A DNA stretch of 64,000 nucleotides, taken from NCBI RefSeq assembly GCF_006345805.1, contig NC_043017.1, forward strand, positions 310,001 to 374,000, read 5' to 3'. Of the stretch, positions 25,678 to 37,857 are shown one piece after another. Position 1 is the first letter of the stretch, and every line of letters starts with the position of its first letter. This DNA comes from Octopus sinensis (Eukaryota). A program made the position numbers and the translations under genes. The notes beneath the pieces were generated by a model that was given only the letters and a program-made list of their open reading frames with translations, had not been told where the DNA came from and made no database searches.

Positions 25678-26656
25678 CTGTGCGTGTATATATATATATA
25701 TATTACTCACTACTTAAACAAAACTTGACTTAAACAGGATTCGAATAATCCTATCAGGTGGTGCTGTTAAGTTAGACATGGCCTGGACCAATCCTTGGTC
25801 GAAACATATCTAAGTTTTATCTAAGTTTTATATATATACATATATATATATATTTGTTTATTTATTTAAATCTTTATGTATAGTAATCACTCGTCCCATC
25901 ACTCGTCACCTATCGCGTCCTCAATACATCGCTGATTTATGTAAATATATGTAAATTTATATCTCAAACTCCTCAGTATATCGTGGGTTCCTGTGGCCGA
26001 TAGGTATTTATACTTTTTTTAGATTTGATTATTTCTATGGTAAAATAAACATGTTCTCGCCTAAAAATTAATAAATCTTATAAATAAAAATACAACACAA
26101 TACTGCACAGTATAACACATGAATTAAAATATGCTAAAAGAAAATACCTGGTGTACTGAAGATGAGTAAACAAAAGAATCGCACCTGCTGTATGGAAAAC
26201 GTAACTCGGCAGACGAGTGTGTGGTATTGATAAAAAATATAAAAATAATAAAAATATATACAATACAGTACATTTTCTACTTCGCAGATTTTCACCTACC
26301 GCGGGTTTTTTGGAACGTAGCACCTGAAATAGTCGAGGATTATTGTATATATATATAAAAATGGGGAAAACTGGAGGGCGGTCTTTCTGGTAGTACATAT
26401 AATGGGATATTATTATTATTATTTAAAAATACACGACCCGGGAGTACGGCTATACGCATTACTATAATATTTCTAAAAGACGCATGAATATTCGTACTAA
26501 TTTGAATAAAGAAAGACTACAAATCGTATTTCCGTGTATTCATATGTTAGAGCCATAAATTGGTTCACACTAGGCTAAATATGTAACCGCAGTTAAGTTA
26601 TAGAACAGGGTCTGTCAGTGTCACCAATGTCGACCTATTCATGTTTTTTATACATA

Positions 26657-26900
26657 TAGGCGCAGGAGTGGCTGTGTGGTAAGTAGCTTGCTAACCAACC
26701 ACATGGTTCCGGGTTCAGTCCCACTGCGTGACATCTTGGGCAAGTGTCTTCTGCTATTGCCCCGGGCCGACCAATGCCTTGTGAGTGGATTTGGTAGACG
26801 GAAACTGAAAGAAGCCTGTCGAATACATTTATATGTACATTTTTTGTGTTTTTTGTTTTTGTATCCGTGTTTGTCCCCACCATCTCCATCGGTTGACAGC
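26657..26900 (+). mobile_element. SINE family A
   Basis: GGCGCAGGAGTGGCTGTGTGGTAAG head with B-box and body. Confidence 0.85.
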
Positions 26901-27392
26901 ATCATTTTCGCTATAAATCAATAAAGAAAAGTTAGCAGCAATTCGACCTATTTATTAATTAATATTGATCAATACTGTACTTTTCGCATCCTCTGGCATA
27001 TTTATGTATTGGGAACGGAGGATGTTTGTCTGTTCACACTAAATCACTATCGTATTATTATAGCATTACATACAATGTACAACTCATTCGTTGAGTAGTT
27101 TCAATTGATTTCTGGTTCCACTAAACATACATGAATGCAAACATACATCCATACGTACGTACACACACACACACACACATGTATATATATTCTTTTATCC
27201 TTTAACTTGTTTCAGGTTGGGCTAAGGACGCAGAAAATGTGTCAAAGCCGACAGGAAGCGTCGATGCTTCCTAGGGCTATATAGCGGTGGTGTAATCCCT
27301 TCTACGGGACTGTCACGTTATGTTGACTTTATACAACCAGTCTATCGCTCCACCACCGCTCATGTCTCGTTGAGACATTTAAAAATTCAATA

Positions 27393-27435
<43 letters not shown>

Positions 27436-27464
27436 TATATATATATATATATATATATTATATT

Positions 27465-28200
27465 GTTTGTTCCTTCTCGAACCACGCCTGGATCATAGGG
27501 TCGGTTTCCTTGGTGTATAGGTTTCCCCACCTGGACGGGACGCCGGTCCGACGCAGGTGAGCTGCAAGATGCAGGAGGAAAGAGTGAGAGAAAGTTGTGG
27601 CGAAAGAGTCAGCAGAAGTTCGCATTACCTTCTGCCAGTGTTTCGCTCATAAACAGACACATCGCCCGCTTTGAGATTCGAATCCACGAGTCCGCTGCTC
27701 TACCACTAGGCCATGTGCCTCCATATATATATATATATATATATAATCTATTGCTATACATACCTATATACACACATACATACATACATACATACATACA
27801 TACCTATTGTGAAAGCACTTCTCTTCCCTAGCACTCCGTCGGTTACGACGATGAGGGTTCCGGTTGATCCGAATCAACGGAACAGCCTGCTCGTGAAATT
27901 AATGTGTAAGTGGCTGAGCACTCCACAGACACGTGTACCCTTAACGTAGTTCTCGGGGATATTCAGCGTGACACAGAGAAATACAGGTCCTTTGAAATAC
28001 AGGTACAACAGAAACAGGAAGTAAGAGAAAGTTGTGGTGAAAGAGTACAGCAGGGATCACCACCATCCCCTGCCGGAGCCTCGTGGAGCTTTAGGTGTTT
28101 TCGCTCAATAAACACACACAACGCCCGTTCTGGGAATTGAAACCGCGATCCTATGACCGCGAGTCCGCTGCCCTAACCACTGGGCCATTGCGCCTCCACA
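27465..28200 (-). mobile_element. Two copies of tRNA-derived SINE family C (tRNA-Arg-like head)
   Basis: Heads TGGAGGCACATGGCCTAGTGG (~27722) and GGAGGCGCAATGGCCCAGTGGTTAGGGCAGCGGACTCGCGG (~28198) share the body GAGCGAAA(A)CAC. Confidence 0.7.
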
Positions 28201-28328
28201 AACATATCTATAGCTATACAAAAATATATATACATACATGCGTGGCACCTTGGGCAAGTGTCTTCTATAGCCTTGGGCTGACCAAAGCCTTGTCCGTGGA
28301 TGTGATAGACGAAACATAAAGAAAGCCG

Positions 28329-28382
<54 letters not shown>

Positions 28383-28443
28383 GAGAGTGCAAAAGTAGGT
28401 ATACAATAAGTATCATATCAATGTTATAATATTTAATATACAG

Positions 28444-28800
28444 GGCGGTGAGAGCTGGCAGAATGGTTAGCACGTCGGGCGAAATGCTTAACGGTATTTC
28501 GTCTGCCGCTACGTTCTCAGTTCAAATTCCGCCGAGGTCGACTTTGCCTTTCATCTTTTCGGGGTTGATTAAATAATTACCAGAAACGCTCTGGGGTCGA
28601 TATGATCGACTTAATCCGTTTGTCTGTCCTTGTTTGTCCCCTCTGTGTTTATCCCCTTGTGGGTAGTAAAGAAATAGGTATTTCGTCTGCCTCTACGTTC
28701 TGAGTTCAAATTCCGCCGAGGTCGACTTTGCCTTTCATCCTTTCGGGGTCGATAAATATAGTACCAAAAATTTCCGGCCTTGTACCTAGAGTAGAAAAGA
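28444..28800 (+). mobile_element. SINE family B, dimeric form
   Basis: Head GAGCTGGCAGAATGGTTAG...GTTCAAATTCC, body, tail a (TGTCTGTCCTTGTTTGTCCCC..), then restart GGTATTTCGTCTGCC, body and tail b (GGCCTTGTACCTAGAGTAGAAAAG). Confidence 0.8.
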
Positions 28801-29248
28801 ATATTTAATTCGTTAAAATTATTAGCACATTAAATTAGTCAGCCTCATTTTTGATATTTTCAGTATCATTAAACATAGTAATTCATTCATCATAGCTATA
28901 AGAATTCTTTTATCGAAACTTTTAATGTTTTTGATAAAAAGAAATGAGCACTGTACGTATTTTATCTTTTTTTCTGTGTTTGTTCCCCCGTCACCGCTTG
29001 ACAACTGGTGCTGGTTGGTCACGTCTCCGTATCTTATCGGTTCGGCCAAAACGACAGATCGAATAAATACCTGGCTTTAAAAGAGTACATGAGTCGATTT
29101 GTTTGACTAAAAGTTCTTCAAGGTGGTGCTCTAGCATGGCCAAAGTCTAATGACTGAAACAGAGAAAAAGAATAAAAGATACCTACCTACCTACCTACCT
29201 ACCTACCTACCTACCTACATACATACATACATACATACATACATACAT

Positions 29249-30880
29249 GATGGCCGTCCACTCGTGACCGAGGAAGACCATTGCCGACCTCCAGGAACAT
29301 TGTGCGCTCTACGACTAACTTATATTTTGCATTTGCGGCTCCGTTGGTGACTAATGAGCCCTGCTCTTGACAAGCATACACGACTGCAAATATTGCAGAC
29401 CAAGCTTTCCCCATTCACTATACGAGCCGTGCGCTTTCGCGCAGCTCGCTTAAGTTCTTCATGCTGGATACGTGCTCTCTCAATAGTGTCGATCCCCTCC
29501 TTAACCTGCTTCCTCCATCTGTGGCGATGACAGGCATTGTTCTCCCAGTCAGTGTCCTGCATATCACAGGCCTTTAACGAGGACTTGACACAGTCCTTAA
29601 ATCGCAGACTTGGTTTCTACCGGAGTCTCCTTCCATTCACAAGTTCTCCATAGAGGTGTCCAGTCCAACGCAACCGGTGCTTGTGCACCATCGCCTCGAT
29701 ACCCAAGATATCAGCTGTCCTCAGGGTCTGTGTGTCTGGAATTTTTGAGGTCCAGCCAACATTGAGAATATGTCTGAGACATCTCTGATGAAAACGTTCA
29801 AGGACTCTTACCTGACGTTTGTACAGAGTCCATGTCTCACATGAGTAGAGAAGCGATGTCAGTACACAAGCAGGGTACACAGCAACTTCTGTTCTCCTTG
29901 CGATGCCATGTTGGGACCAGACACGAGACTGAAGAGACCGGAAGGAATTAGTTGCTCTCTACAACCTGAAGGATATTTCCTCATCCAGGGAGCAAGAACG
30001 GCTGAGTGTGCTGCCCAGGTAGACAAACTTGTCTACTACCTTCAGAATTGTTCCTTCAACCAAGATAGCTGGTTCTATATATGGATTTCCTGGTGCAGGC
30101 TGGAACATTACAACAGTCTTGTCCAGGCTAATGCTGAGTTCAAATGCCCTGCAAGAAGCAGAAATGCAATTCATGAGTATTTGCATGTCATCCACTGTAT
30201 GAGTGACTAAGTCACAGTCATCTGCATAAAGGAGGTCACGAATAATAGACTGGGAAACCTTTGAATTGGCAGCAAATCGGCGAAGATTAAAGAGGCGGCC
30301 AGAAGATCGATATCTGACATATATTCCCAGAGAGCTAACCTAAGCAAAAGCATGAGTAAAAGCATCAGCAAAGTACAAAGAAAAGAGAGTTGGGGCAAGG
30401 ATGTCATCCTGCTTGACACCATTCTCTACAGGAATGGGTCCCGCCATGGCACCACCATCATTGACCCAAGCCTCCATCCCATCATGAAATGATTTAATTA
30501 TAGATACAAAGTGATCCGGACATCCAAGTTTGCCAAGTATTTTCCATAGAAAGGCCCTATTTACAGTATCAAAGGCCTTAGTTAAATCAATGAATACCTG
30601 GACAAGATCCATATTCTGCTCATAGCACTTCTCCTGCATCTGCCATGCTGTGAAAATCATATCCATTGTCCCTCTACCAGATCGGAAGCCACATTGAAAT
30701 TCAGATAGGACATCATTTATGAGACACCCATTCAGACGGGTATGAAGAATATTTGCCAGAACCTTGCCAGCAGCTGATAGTAGAGCAATACCTCTGTAGT
30801 TACAACACATTGTTCTGGCTCCTTTTCCTTTATATAGAGGAAGAATAATTGCATCCTTCCAGTCCTTAGGGATAAAGTGA
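29249..30880 (-). mobile_element. 5'-truncated RTE-clade LINE, decayed
   Basis: NYRGIALL, QCGFRSGRGT.DMIF, DLTKAFDTV, GVKQ..ILAPTLF and C-terminal CNICSRVCLSRAGLISH, with a (TATG)n tail. Confidence 0.9.
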
Positions 30881-31147
30881 AAGTATCTGACATAAAATAG
30901 AGAAATGTTTTTGTTTCACTTTTAACACGTAATACTGAAATAGTGGAGAAGATATGATATTGCTATAGGCTCGCCCTAGGCAAGAAGTTGAACATTTTTT
31001 AATTTTTGCCCATGAAACTACATAGACCCTCAGTAAGGCATGTGTAAAACTTGAATGAAATTGGCTGTGTAGTTCTCAAGTTTTAGGGAAACACACAGAC
31101 AGACAGACACACATTCTCAGTTTTATATATATATAGATATGCATACA

Positions 31148-31754
31148 AAATATTCTATAATTATATACATAATTATAATCAGGGCTCAGCTAAGTTCCTC
31201 GCCGCGTACTGAATTAGAAATAGACGTTAATGTCATTTCTACTGCCATAAAATCACCGAGACAATAACACACTTTCAAAGTGCATTTTTTCTGCGGTATA
31301 GGTCGAAGCACACACTTAAGTCGACATCAAAATGCACAAAAAACTTTTAGCTGACCGCTCTCACAGCAGTCGAGTAAAACTCAACTCTTCATAGTGGTAA
31401 AAGATCAATATGAATTATACTCGGCTGAACATTTTTATGAGTGCAGTCAAATATTAGTCACGCGATGTCGCTTGATCGCGTGCATATTCAATTTAACACT
31501 CGTCATTTTATTACGTGATATTACGCTGAAGAGACCAATTGGTAATTATGCTTTACTTTAAGTTCGAAACGCGTCCGTAATTGACCGCGGTTTTGTTGAT
31601 TCATCATTTTTCTTTTGCCTACATTGAAAGTATGTTATTGACTCGGAGATTTTATGGTAGTAGAAAAGACATTAGCATCTATTTCTAATTCAGTACGTGG
31701 CGTGGCAATTAGCTGAGCCCTGATTATAATTATGTGTATAATCATAGAATATTT
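31148..31754 (+). mobile_element. Fold-back element with 131-bp inverted arms and an internal hammerhead
   Basis: Arms 31148-31278 and 31624-31754. Confidence 0.8.
31520..31581 (+). ncRNA. Type I hammerhead ribozyme, predicted cleavage after C31575
   Basis: auuacg-CUGAAGA-G...C-GAAAC-GC-GUC|cguaau; perfect 6-bp stem I and ACGCGU stem III; stem II is irregular. Confidence 0.8.
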
Positions 31755-31836
31755 TGTATAATTTACCTAAAAGGTTTTTTACGTACTGACCACTTGGTAA
31801 AATATTACTAATTATATATGTGTGTGTATATATATA

Positions 31837-31868
<32 letters not shown>

Positions 31869-32048
31869 GAGACGTATTGGTATCTAGAAGACCCAAAGGG
31901 TGTCAGGTAACGCTAAGTGTAAGTGCTATAGACAGACCTTCGTTAAACTCTTGGTTCGATAATGATACGATTGAGGGGTCTAATGTAGGTCTTGTATTAA
32001 CATGCATATATATATATATATTATATATATATATATTATATATATATA

Positions 32049-32384
32049 TTAGACAGAATGAAATAAAAAAGCCAAGGTGTGAGGAGTTTTCAGGACATTT
32101 ATAAATAAATAGACTTACAGCTGTTTTGGGATGTTATGGATATCCCTTCACAGAGACGGTGTGAGAAGGTTAAATAAATGAAATGTTTGAGGTTGAATTA
32201 TCATATTCCCTATCGTCTCCTTTTCCATAATAATTCGAACTCAAATATTTCCTCTATTTAACTTTTTCACACCGTCTCTGAAGAAGGGATATCCATATAT
32301 CCCAGGAACATCTGTAAGACTATTTTCTTATAAATGTCCTGAAAACTCCTCACAGCCTGGGCTTTGTTATCTCATTCTATCTAA
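32049..32384. mobile_element. Fold-back element (~128-bp arms) with degenerate hammerheads in both arms
   Basis: Arms 32049-32176 and 32255-32384. The two-arm consensus is gucu-CUGAAGA-A-GGGAUAU..AUAUCCC-(G)AAAC-AGCU-GUA|agac. Confidence 0.7.
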
Positions 32385-32413
32385 TATATATATATATATA
32401 TGTATGTATGTAT

Positions 32414-32469
<56 letters not shown>

Positions 32470-32899
32470 AATATAATACATTAAAAGTGAAGTTCAATCT
32501 TGCTTGCTTACTTGTTTGCTATGTTACACAGCCAAACTGGCACATAATGTGAATACGAACGGAAGAAAACAAGTTTCGCGTAAATCGGACGAGTAGTTAT
32601 TGAGATATTCGGGGTTTTGGGGGGGTATAAATACCCAAAACGGTGCATAATGGAAAATACTCCGAAAATAACTTAATCCTGAAAGGGAAGAAACTCTAAG
32701 CTTTCTATTGGGCACATTTTGATGGGCAAAATATTTTAAAGTGAAAATGATTTTAAAAATATGGTAAATATGGTAAAATGATTTTTAAAAATATGGTAAA
32801 TATTTTGAAAAAGAAGGAGTAGGAAAAGCAGAGAAAGAAGAAGAAAAAGACGGGAGTAGTATGACAGTAGTAGATTGTTCGTAGTCTTCTTGAATAGTC

Positions 32900-33470
32900 A
32901 AGTGACCTACAAGTGACCCGTTGTGGTTGTAATAGTAGTGATTAGAATCGTTCTGAATAAATTCAAGGGTAGTGGCTGTTCTGAATATATCGTTTTTAAT
33001 ATTTGCGTGAGTTCTATTCTAAGATCCTTGTAGTAGTGTCATCTATAGTGGAAGCATTCAAAAGGTGTATATTTTTTGCGATAAAATATCTTTCTTTGCT
33101 AATGCGCTGATTATAAGGAAATAATTCTGAAGTTCTTTGCTAATGCGCTGATTATAGGGAAAAAATCCTGAAGTTGGTGTGTTCGCTAGTGGCACAAATA
33201 TCGAATTTTAATCTGGGATCTTTGTTGGGCCATCCTCTGGCATAGACTGTTTTTGGTTTGGCCTATATATTGTCTCGACACTCTGAGCAAGTTTACATAT
33301 ATATTAGGTTTTCCGAAGTTGTTTTTCATTGTAAAATGTTATTAGATTGATGCATTACAACAGTTTGATCTTCCGCATTTTTTTACAGACGGTTTCAATG
33401 TTGTCGACGAGTGTACTTGGGCTTGTGTTAAATTTTCATTGACTTGGGTTGTCTTTTACTCTTTATGATG
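32900..33470 (-). pseudogene. Degenerate Penelope GIY-YIG fragment
   Basis: Reconstructed KKCGRSNCC...NIYV...RQYIGQTKNSLCQRM parallels KKCARSNCGTC...LIYV...YVGQT of 34872-36182. Confidence 0.65.
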
Positions 33471-33757
33471 GTGTGCGTTTGTAGGATTCGATTCATTCTG
33501 TTTTAGTAGAAGAATGTTCTGGAGGATGGCGTGGGGTTCTTGTTGTTGTTGTTGTTGTTGTTGTTCTTGTTCTTGTTCTTGTTCTTCTTCTTTTTCTTCT
33601 TCTTCTTCTTCTTCTTCTTCTTCTTCTTCTTCTTCTTCTCTTCTTCTTCTTCCTCGGCTACTGCTGCTTAAGCAATCAAAATCCAAACCCAACACCTCTC
33701 ATATTAAATATTTCTTCAGATCTGCTACTATCTACCTACCAAACCTTCACAAAAGTA

Positions 33758-33817
<60 letters not shown>

Positions 33818-34200
33818 AGAGAGAGAGAGACAGAAAAAAGGAAAATGTCCCACCTATTTGAAAACCATGGAAATATTTTTTATAAAGCATTTCATTTAAT
33901 TTTTCCACAATTTAATTGTTTTTCATGCTTAAGTTGAAAATGTCAAAAAGACTGAAACCGGTACTAAAATGTTCCAGATGCTAAAATCTTTTCGCGATGT
34001 CTACCTTGTGTTATTGTCCTTATATATATATATATATATATATAGATATATATATATATATAGATCAATAAATGGTGGGGTTGTGTTGACCGCACGTGGA
34101 GAAATGATAAGTAAGGAAAAATTTTTTTAAAAAACAGAATGCTCAAATGAAAGAAAATTTTAATAAAATGAGAAAATGATAAAATATATAAATATATATT

Positions 34201-34241
34201 TATTCAACCGGTTTTCGTCATTGTATGACTTGTCAAGAATA
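34201..34241 (-). ncRNA. Variant hammerhead (U3-A8) downstream of the Penelope ORF
   Basis: uauuc-UUGACAA-GUCAU-aca-AUGAC-GAAAAC-CG-GUU|gaaua; 5-bp stem I and 5-bp stem II, with one extra A in the GAAA segment. Confidence 0.55.
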
Positions 34242-34871
34242 TTATGTTTTAAGAAGTTATTTTAAAAATTAGAAATGGGAAAAAAAGAAAATTGCATTGT
34301 TTTTTGTAAAAGAATAATGATAAAAATGTACAAAAATTAAAAAATAAGTTCTCCGATACATTGTGAGTTCGTTGTGTATCTTGAGTTTTATGGTTGTTTA
34401 CCAAAAAATTACCTTGAGGTGTTAAGATCCAAAGGGATTAAGAGCATGTGATGTGTTGTGTTGTTAAATTCAGCATGTTGCAGGACAGGAAGTAGTAGTA
34501 ATTGTGGTCCTGGTTCTTCAGTTCCTGTGTTGTGGGTAAGGGGAGACAACTCTTTTGAGTTCTTCAATAAAACCCAAATTATAAAACTATCATTTTAGCT
34601 TCATTTGCATTATCTTTTTATATAATTGCTTGTTAACTTAACTTTCAGATTTTAACACTTTATTTATATTATTTTCTAATAATATAAATCTGCATAGACA
34701 ATTGCATTTCAAATTGTCATATCATTTATAATAAAAATGATAGTAATAACAACAATAGTAAAAATGATATTTAAAGAATATAAGTTTTAGCTTGAAGTGA
34801 TGAATGCATGGTATCTTTATATATTTGTGTTAGTCCATCCATGAAGAGTGAGGTAGAGAAAGGAAGTTTGA

Positions 34872-36182
34872 TCAACGAGGAGTTTGCATATTAAGTTGTG
34901 TTTGGAATTTTTCAATAAAGAGATTCTCCTTGTTAATTCTCTCCTGTGTGGTGATCCCGTCTTTACATTGGTAGAAGGGGAATATATAGAATTTGGGGTT
35001 TAAGTCTTTAGCACATGAGTCTAAGTGGTCACTCAGTGGAATTTGTCGGTATTCCGGGAGATTTATTTGTTCTTTATGCACCGTTACTCGTTTACGTAAC
35101 GGGAGACTCGTTTGTCCAACATAATTATGTTGGCAACCAGCGCATGTGAGAACGTAGATAAGGTTCTCGGAGGAACAGGAGAAGTTAGTCTTGATTTTAA
35201 ACTTCGTACCTTGTTTGAAGGTAAATTCAGAGCCTTCAAGTAGAAAGGGGCAGGTACCACAGTTTGAGCGTGCACATTTTTTTACTGTTGGGGGTGGATG
35301 TGGTGTGTGAAGTTTGGCATTTGTCAAGAGTTTTTTTAAAGATTTGTGTTGCCTTTTGCATTTGAGGATTTTGTGTGTATTTATAATGTTTTTCATTTTT
35401 GGGTCTGTTGACAGTAGACTGAGGTTTTGTATGATTGTGGTGTATGCTTCGATATTTTTGGGGTTGTGGGTGGAAATGTATGGAAGTATTTTGAGGTTGT
35501 GTGTGGTGTTAGGTTGGGTGGTTTTCAGTGTAGTGTTGTCTAGTTCTTTGGCGCGTTTTATTCCATACTCTATAAGGGTGGAGGGATATTGACGTTGTAA
35601 TAGTGTTTTTTTGAGGTCTTGAAGGCGTATTTCTCGTGTTTTTGGATCCGAGACAATGGTGCATACCCTTTTAGCTAAATTGAAAGGGATATTTGTCTTG
35701 GTGTGTTTTGGGTGGCATGAACTAAAGAGGAGGTATTGTTGTGAGTCTGTAGGTTTGTGGTAGATGTCTGTTATGATTTGGTTCTTAGGTGTTTTTATAA
35801 TTAGGAGATCAAGGAATGGGAGATGATGTTTGCTTAATTCCATAGTGAATTGGATGTTGGGATGTATGTTGTTTAGTATGGTTTTGAATTCCAGGAGTTT
35901 TTCATAAGGTTCTTTCCATATGATGAAACAATCATCTAAATACCTTTTCCAGTTTTCCATTAGGTAGGTGTGGAAAACATGTCCAAATTTCTGGCTTGAT
36001 ATTTCATAGAGTGACAGTTCGAAGTAACCCATTATGAGGTTCGCAAGGACTGGTGCAGCCTTGGTACCCATCGCAATGCCACATTTTTGACGGTAGTGTG
36101 TGTCGTCGAAGAGAAAAAAATTGTTTGTCAGAATGAACTTAAGAGATTCTGTAATAAAAGACTTGTATATATATGTATACAA
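34872..36182 (-). CDS. Penelope-like element RT C-terminal half + GIY-YIG endonuclease (5'-truncated, frame open to stop)
   Basis: GIAMGT..AP, RYLDDCF, LPFLDL, YHKPT, LIYVLTC..C...YVGQT with CCHH residues. The listed start is not a real initiator. Confidence 0.92.
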   Translation of the reverse strand: MYTYIYKSFITESLKFILTNNFFLFDDTHYRQKCGIAMGTKAAPVLANLIMGYFELSLYEISSQKFGHVFHTYLMENWKRYLDDCFIIWKEPYEKLLEFKTILNNIHPNIQFTMELSKHHLPFLDLLIIKTPKNQIITDIYHKPTDSQQYLLFSSCHPKHTKTNIPFNLAKRVCTIVSDPKTREIRLQDLKKTLLQRQYPSTLIEYGIKRAKELDNTTLKTTQPNTTHNLKILPYISTHNPKNIEAYTTIIQNLSLLSTDPKMKNIINTHKILKCKRQHKSLKKLLTNAKLHTPHPPPTVKKCARSNCGTCPFLLEGSEFTFKQGTKFKIKTNFSCSSENLIYVLTCAGCQHNYVGQTSLPLRKRVTVHKEQINLPEYRQIPLSDHLDSCAKDLNPKFYIFPFYQCKDGITTQERINKENLFIEKFQTQLNMQTPR

Positions 36183-37381
36183 AAAGTGACTGTATTATCA
36201 CCGGAGATCGAGGTTTGATCCAGCTTGAACTTACATACAAAACCACCACAATCGGACTGGCCAAATACCTTGAAGCAACCAACGATTGGATGCTAAAACT
36301 TGTTGAAAAACATGAAAGACTGAAAAAACTTCACTCTATTCTCAGAGAGCAAAAAATTCGCAGATCAGCCTGAAGGAAATGCGCCAACTGCAGCTGCAAA
36401 GGAAATAATATTAATTGCAAAGACAAAAGCACATGAAAAATTAGCTAGCAGATGGGAACAGAAACCTCTGCAAGTATGTGGCCCGTAGCAAAAAAGCTGA
36501 TATCGACCAGAAACACACGCACCAATGGTTACGAAGCTCATGGCTAAAAGCGGAGATTGAAGGTTTCATATTAGCTGCTCAAGACCAAAGCTTATTAACC
36601 CGGAACTACCAAGCCAATGTGATAAAAAATGGAGCTGACCCAAAATGCCGATTCTGTAACAACGAGATTGAAACAATAGACCACCTAATCTCAGGGTGTA
36701 GAGTCTTAGCACCTGCAGAATATAAAGCAAGACATGACAGCGTCGGCCAGTATTTACATTGGACAATATGTCGGCATTAAAAAATCAAAACCGCTGACAA
36801 ATGGTATAAACACCATCCTGAAGCTGTGACTGAGGGAGAAAATGTGTCGATTCTATGGAACTTTCCCATACAGACCGACAAGACTATAAAAGCTAATAAA
36901 CCGGATATTATTATAAAAGATCAGGCAAAAAAGATGTGTTTATTAATTGACATGAGTATTCCTTGCGATCACAATATAGCGGTGAAAAAATTTGACAAGA
37001 TTAGTAAATATAAAGACTTGCTAGTAGAAATTGAAAAAATGTGGCATCTCAAGGCGACTACAGTACCAGTGATTGTAGGATCTCTAGGAATGATAAAAAA
37101 AGGTACTGAAACCTATTTGAAAATGATTCCAGGCTTACCATCTCTACAAGAAGTGCAAAAAATCGTATTAACTGGAACGGCTCATGTACTGAGAAGAGCA
37201 CTATCGCTGTGAAAATAACATCCATCCATGAATTTATTTATTTATTAATTTTTAAATACATATTTTATCTGTGAATTTGCGCGTGTAATCTGGGAATGCA
37301 TACAATGAGCTTCTCTGCCCTAGGTGTATGGAAAACACTCGGCGAGAAACGGAAGAAAATTTGAAGAAAGAAGGAAAAAAC
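36175..37381 (+). mobile_element. 5'-truncated REL-type non-LTR element, R4/Dong-like
   Basis: CRFC..EIETIDHLISGC (CCHC), RHD, KPDIII...LIDMSIP...KISKY (PD-(D/E)xK); the 3' end runs into (TAA)n. Confidence 0.85.
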
Positions 37382-37390
37382 ATAATAATA

Positions 37391-37428
<38 letters not shown>

Positions 37429-37441
37429 AATAATAATAATA

Positions 37442-37475
<34 letters not shown>

Positions 37476-37476
37476 C

Positions 37477-37717
37477 AACCCTTATTCGAGGAGCTTTTGA
37501 GCGGGATGGGTTACTCGACCTGAATAAAATTGTAACTGTACCCCACCTGCAAATTCATGTGCTGTTTATCTTGATATGAGATAACCATGTTGCGCACATA
37601 GGTTTGTGATGTATGTGCCTTGTGCATCCTTATCAGACGGGTAGTCATGATGGATATACTGGGCTTCGTATATTTTACCCTAGTGTCACTTTGATGGCAT
37701 GCACTGCTCTCTCACTC
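37477..37717 (+). mobile_element. Short retroposon-like 3' end bounded by (AAT)n on both sides
   Basis: GC-richer unit ending GCACTGCTCTCTCACTC-(AAT)n. Confidence 0.45.
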
Positions 37718-37755
<38 letters not shown>

Positions 37756-37811
37756 TAGTTACATCGAAAAATACCTTAGGAATGAGAACCCAGGTTCGAA
37801 ATTTTCCCCTA

Positions 37812-37857
37812 GACACCTGATGAAGGCTGGAGAGTATATCAGCCGAAACGTTGTAGT
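37812..37857 (+). ncRNA. Minimal hammerhead motif
   Basis: gacac-CUGAUGA-A-GGCUG..CAGCC-GAAACGUU|guagu; stem I is weak and needs one bulge. Confidence 0.6.

Noticed and set aside
25782-25815. GACCA..TGGTC-GAAACATAT remnant
   Set aside because: The CUGANGA core is partly deleted and stem I is missing; at most a dead relic, not counted.
28150-28200. tRNA-Arg-like sequence
   Set aside because: It continues into a SINE body and lacks a proper acceptor stem, so it is a SINE head and not a tRNA gene.
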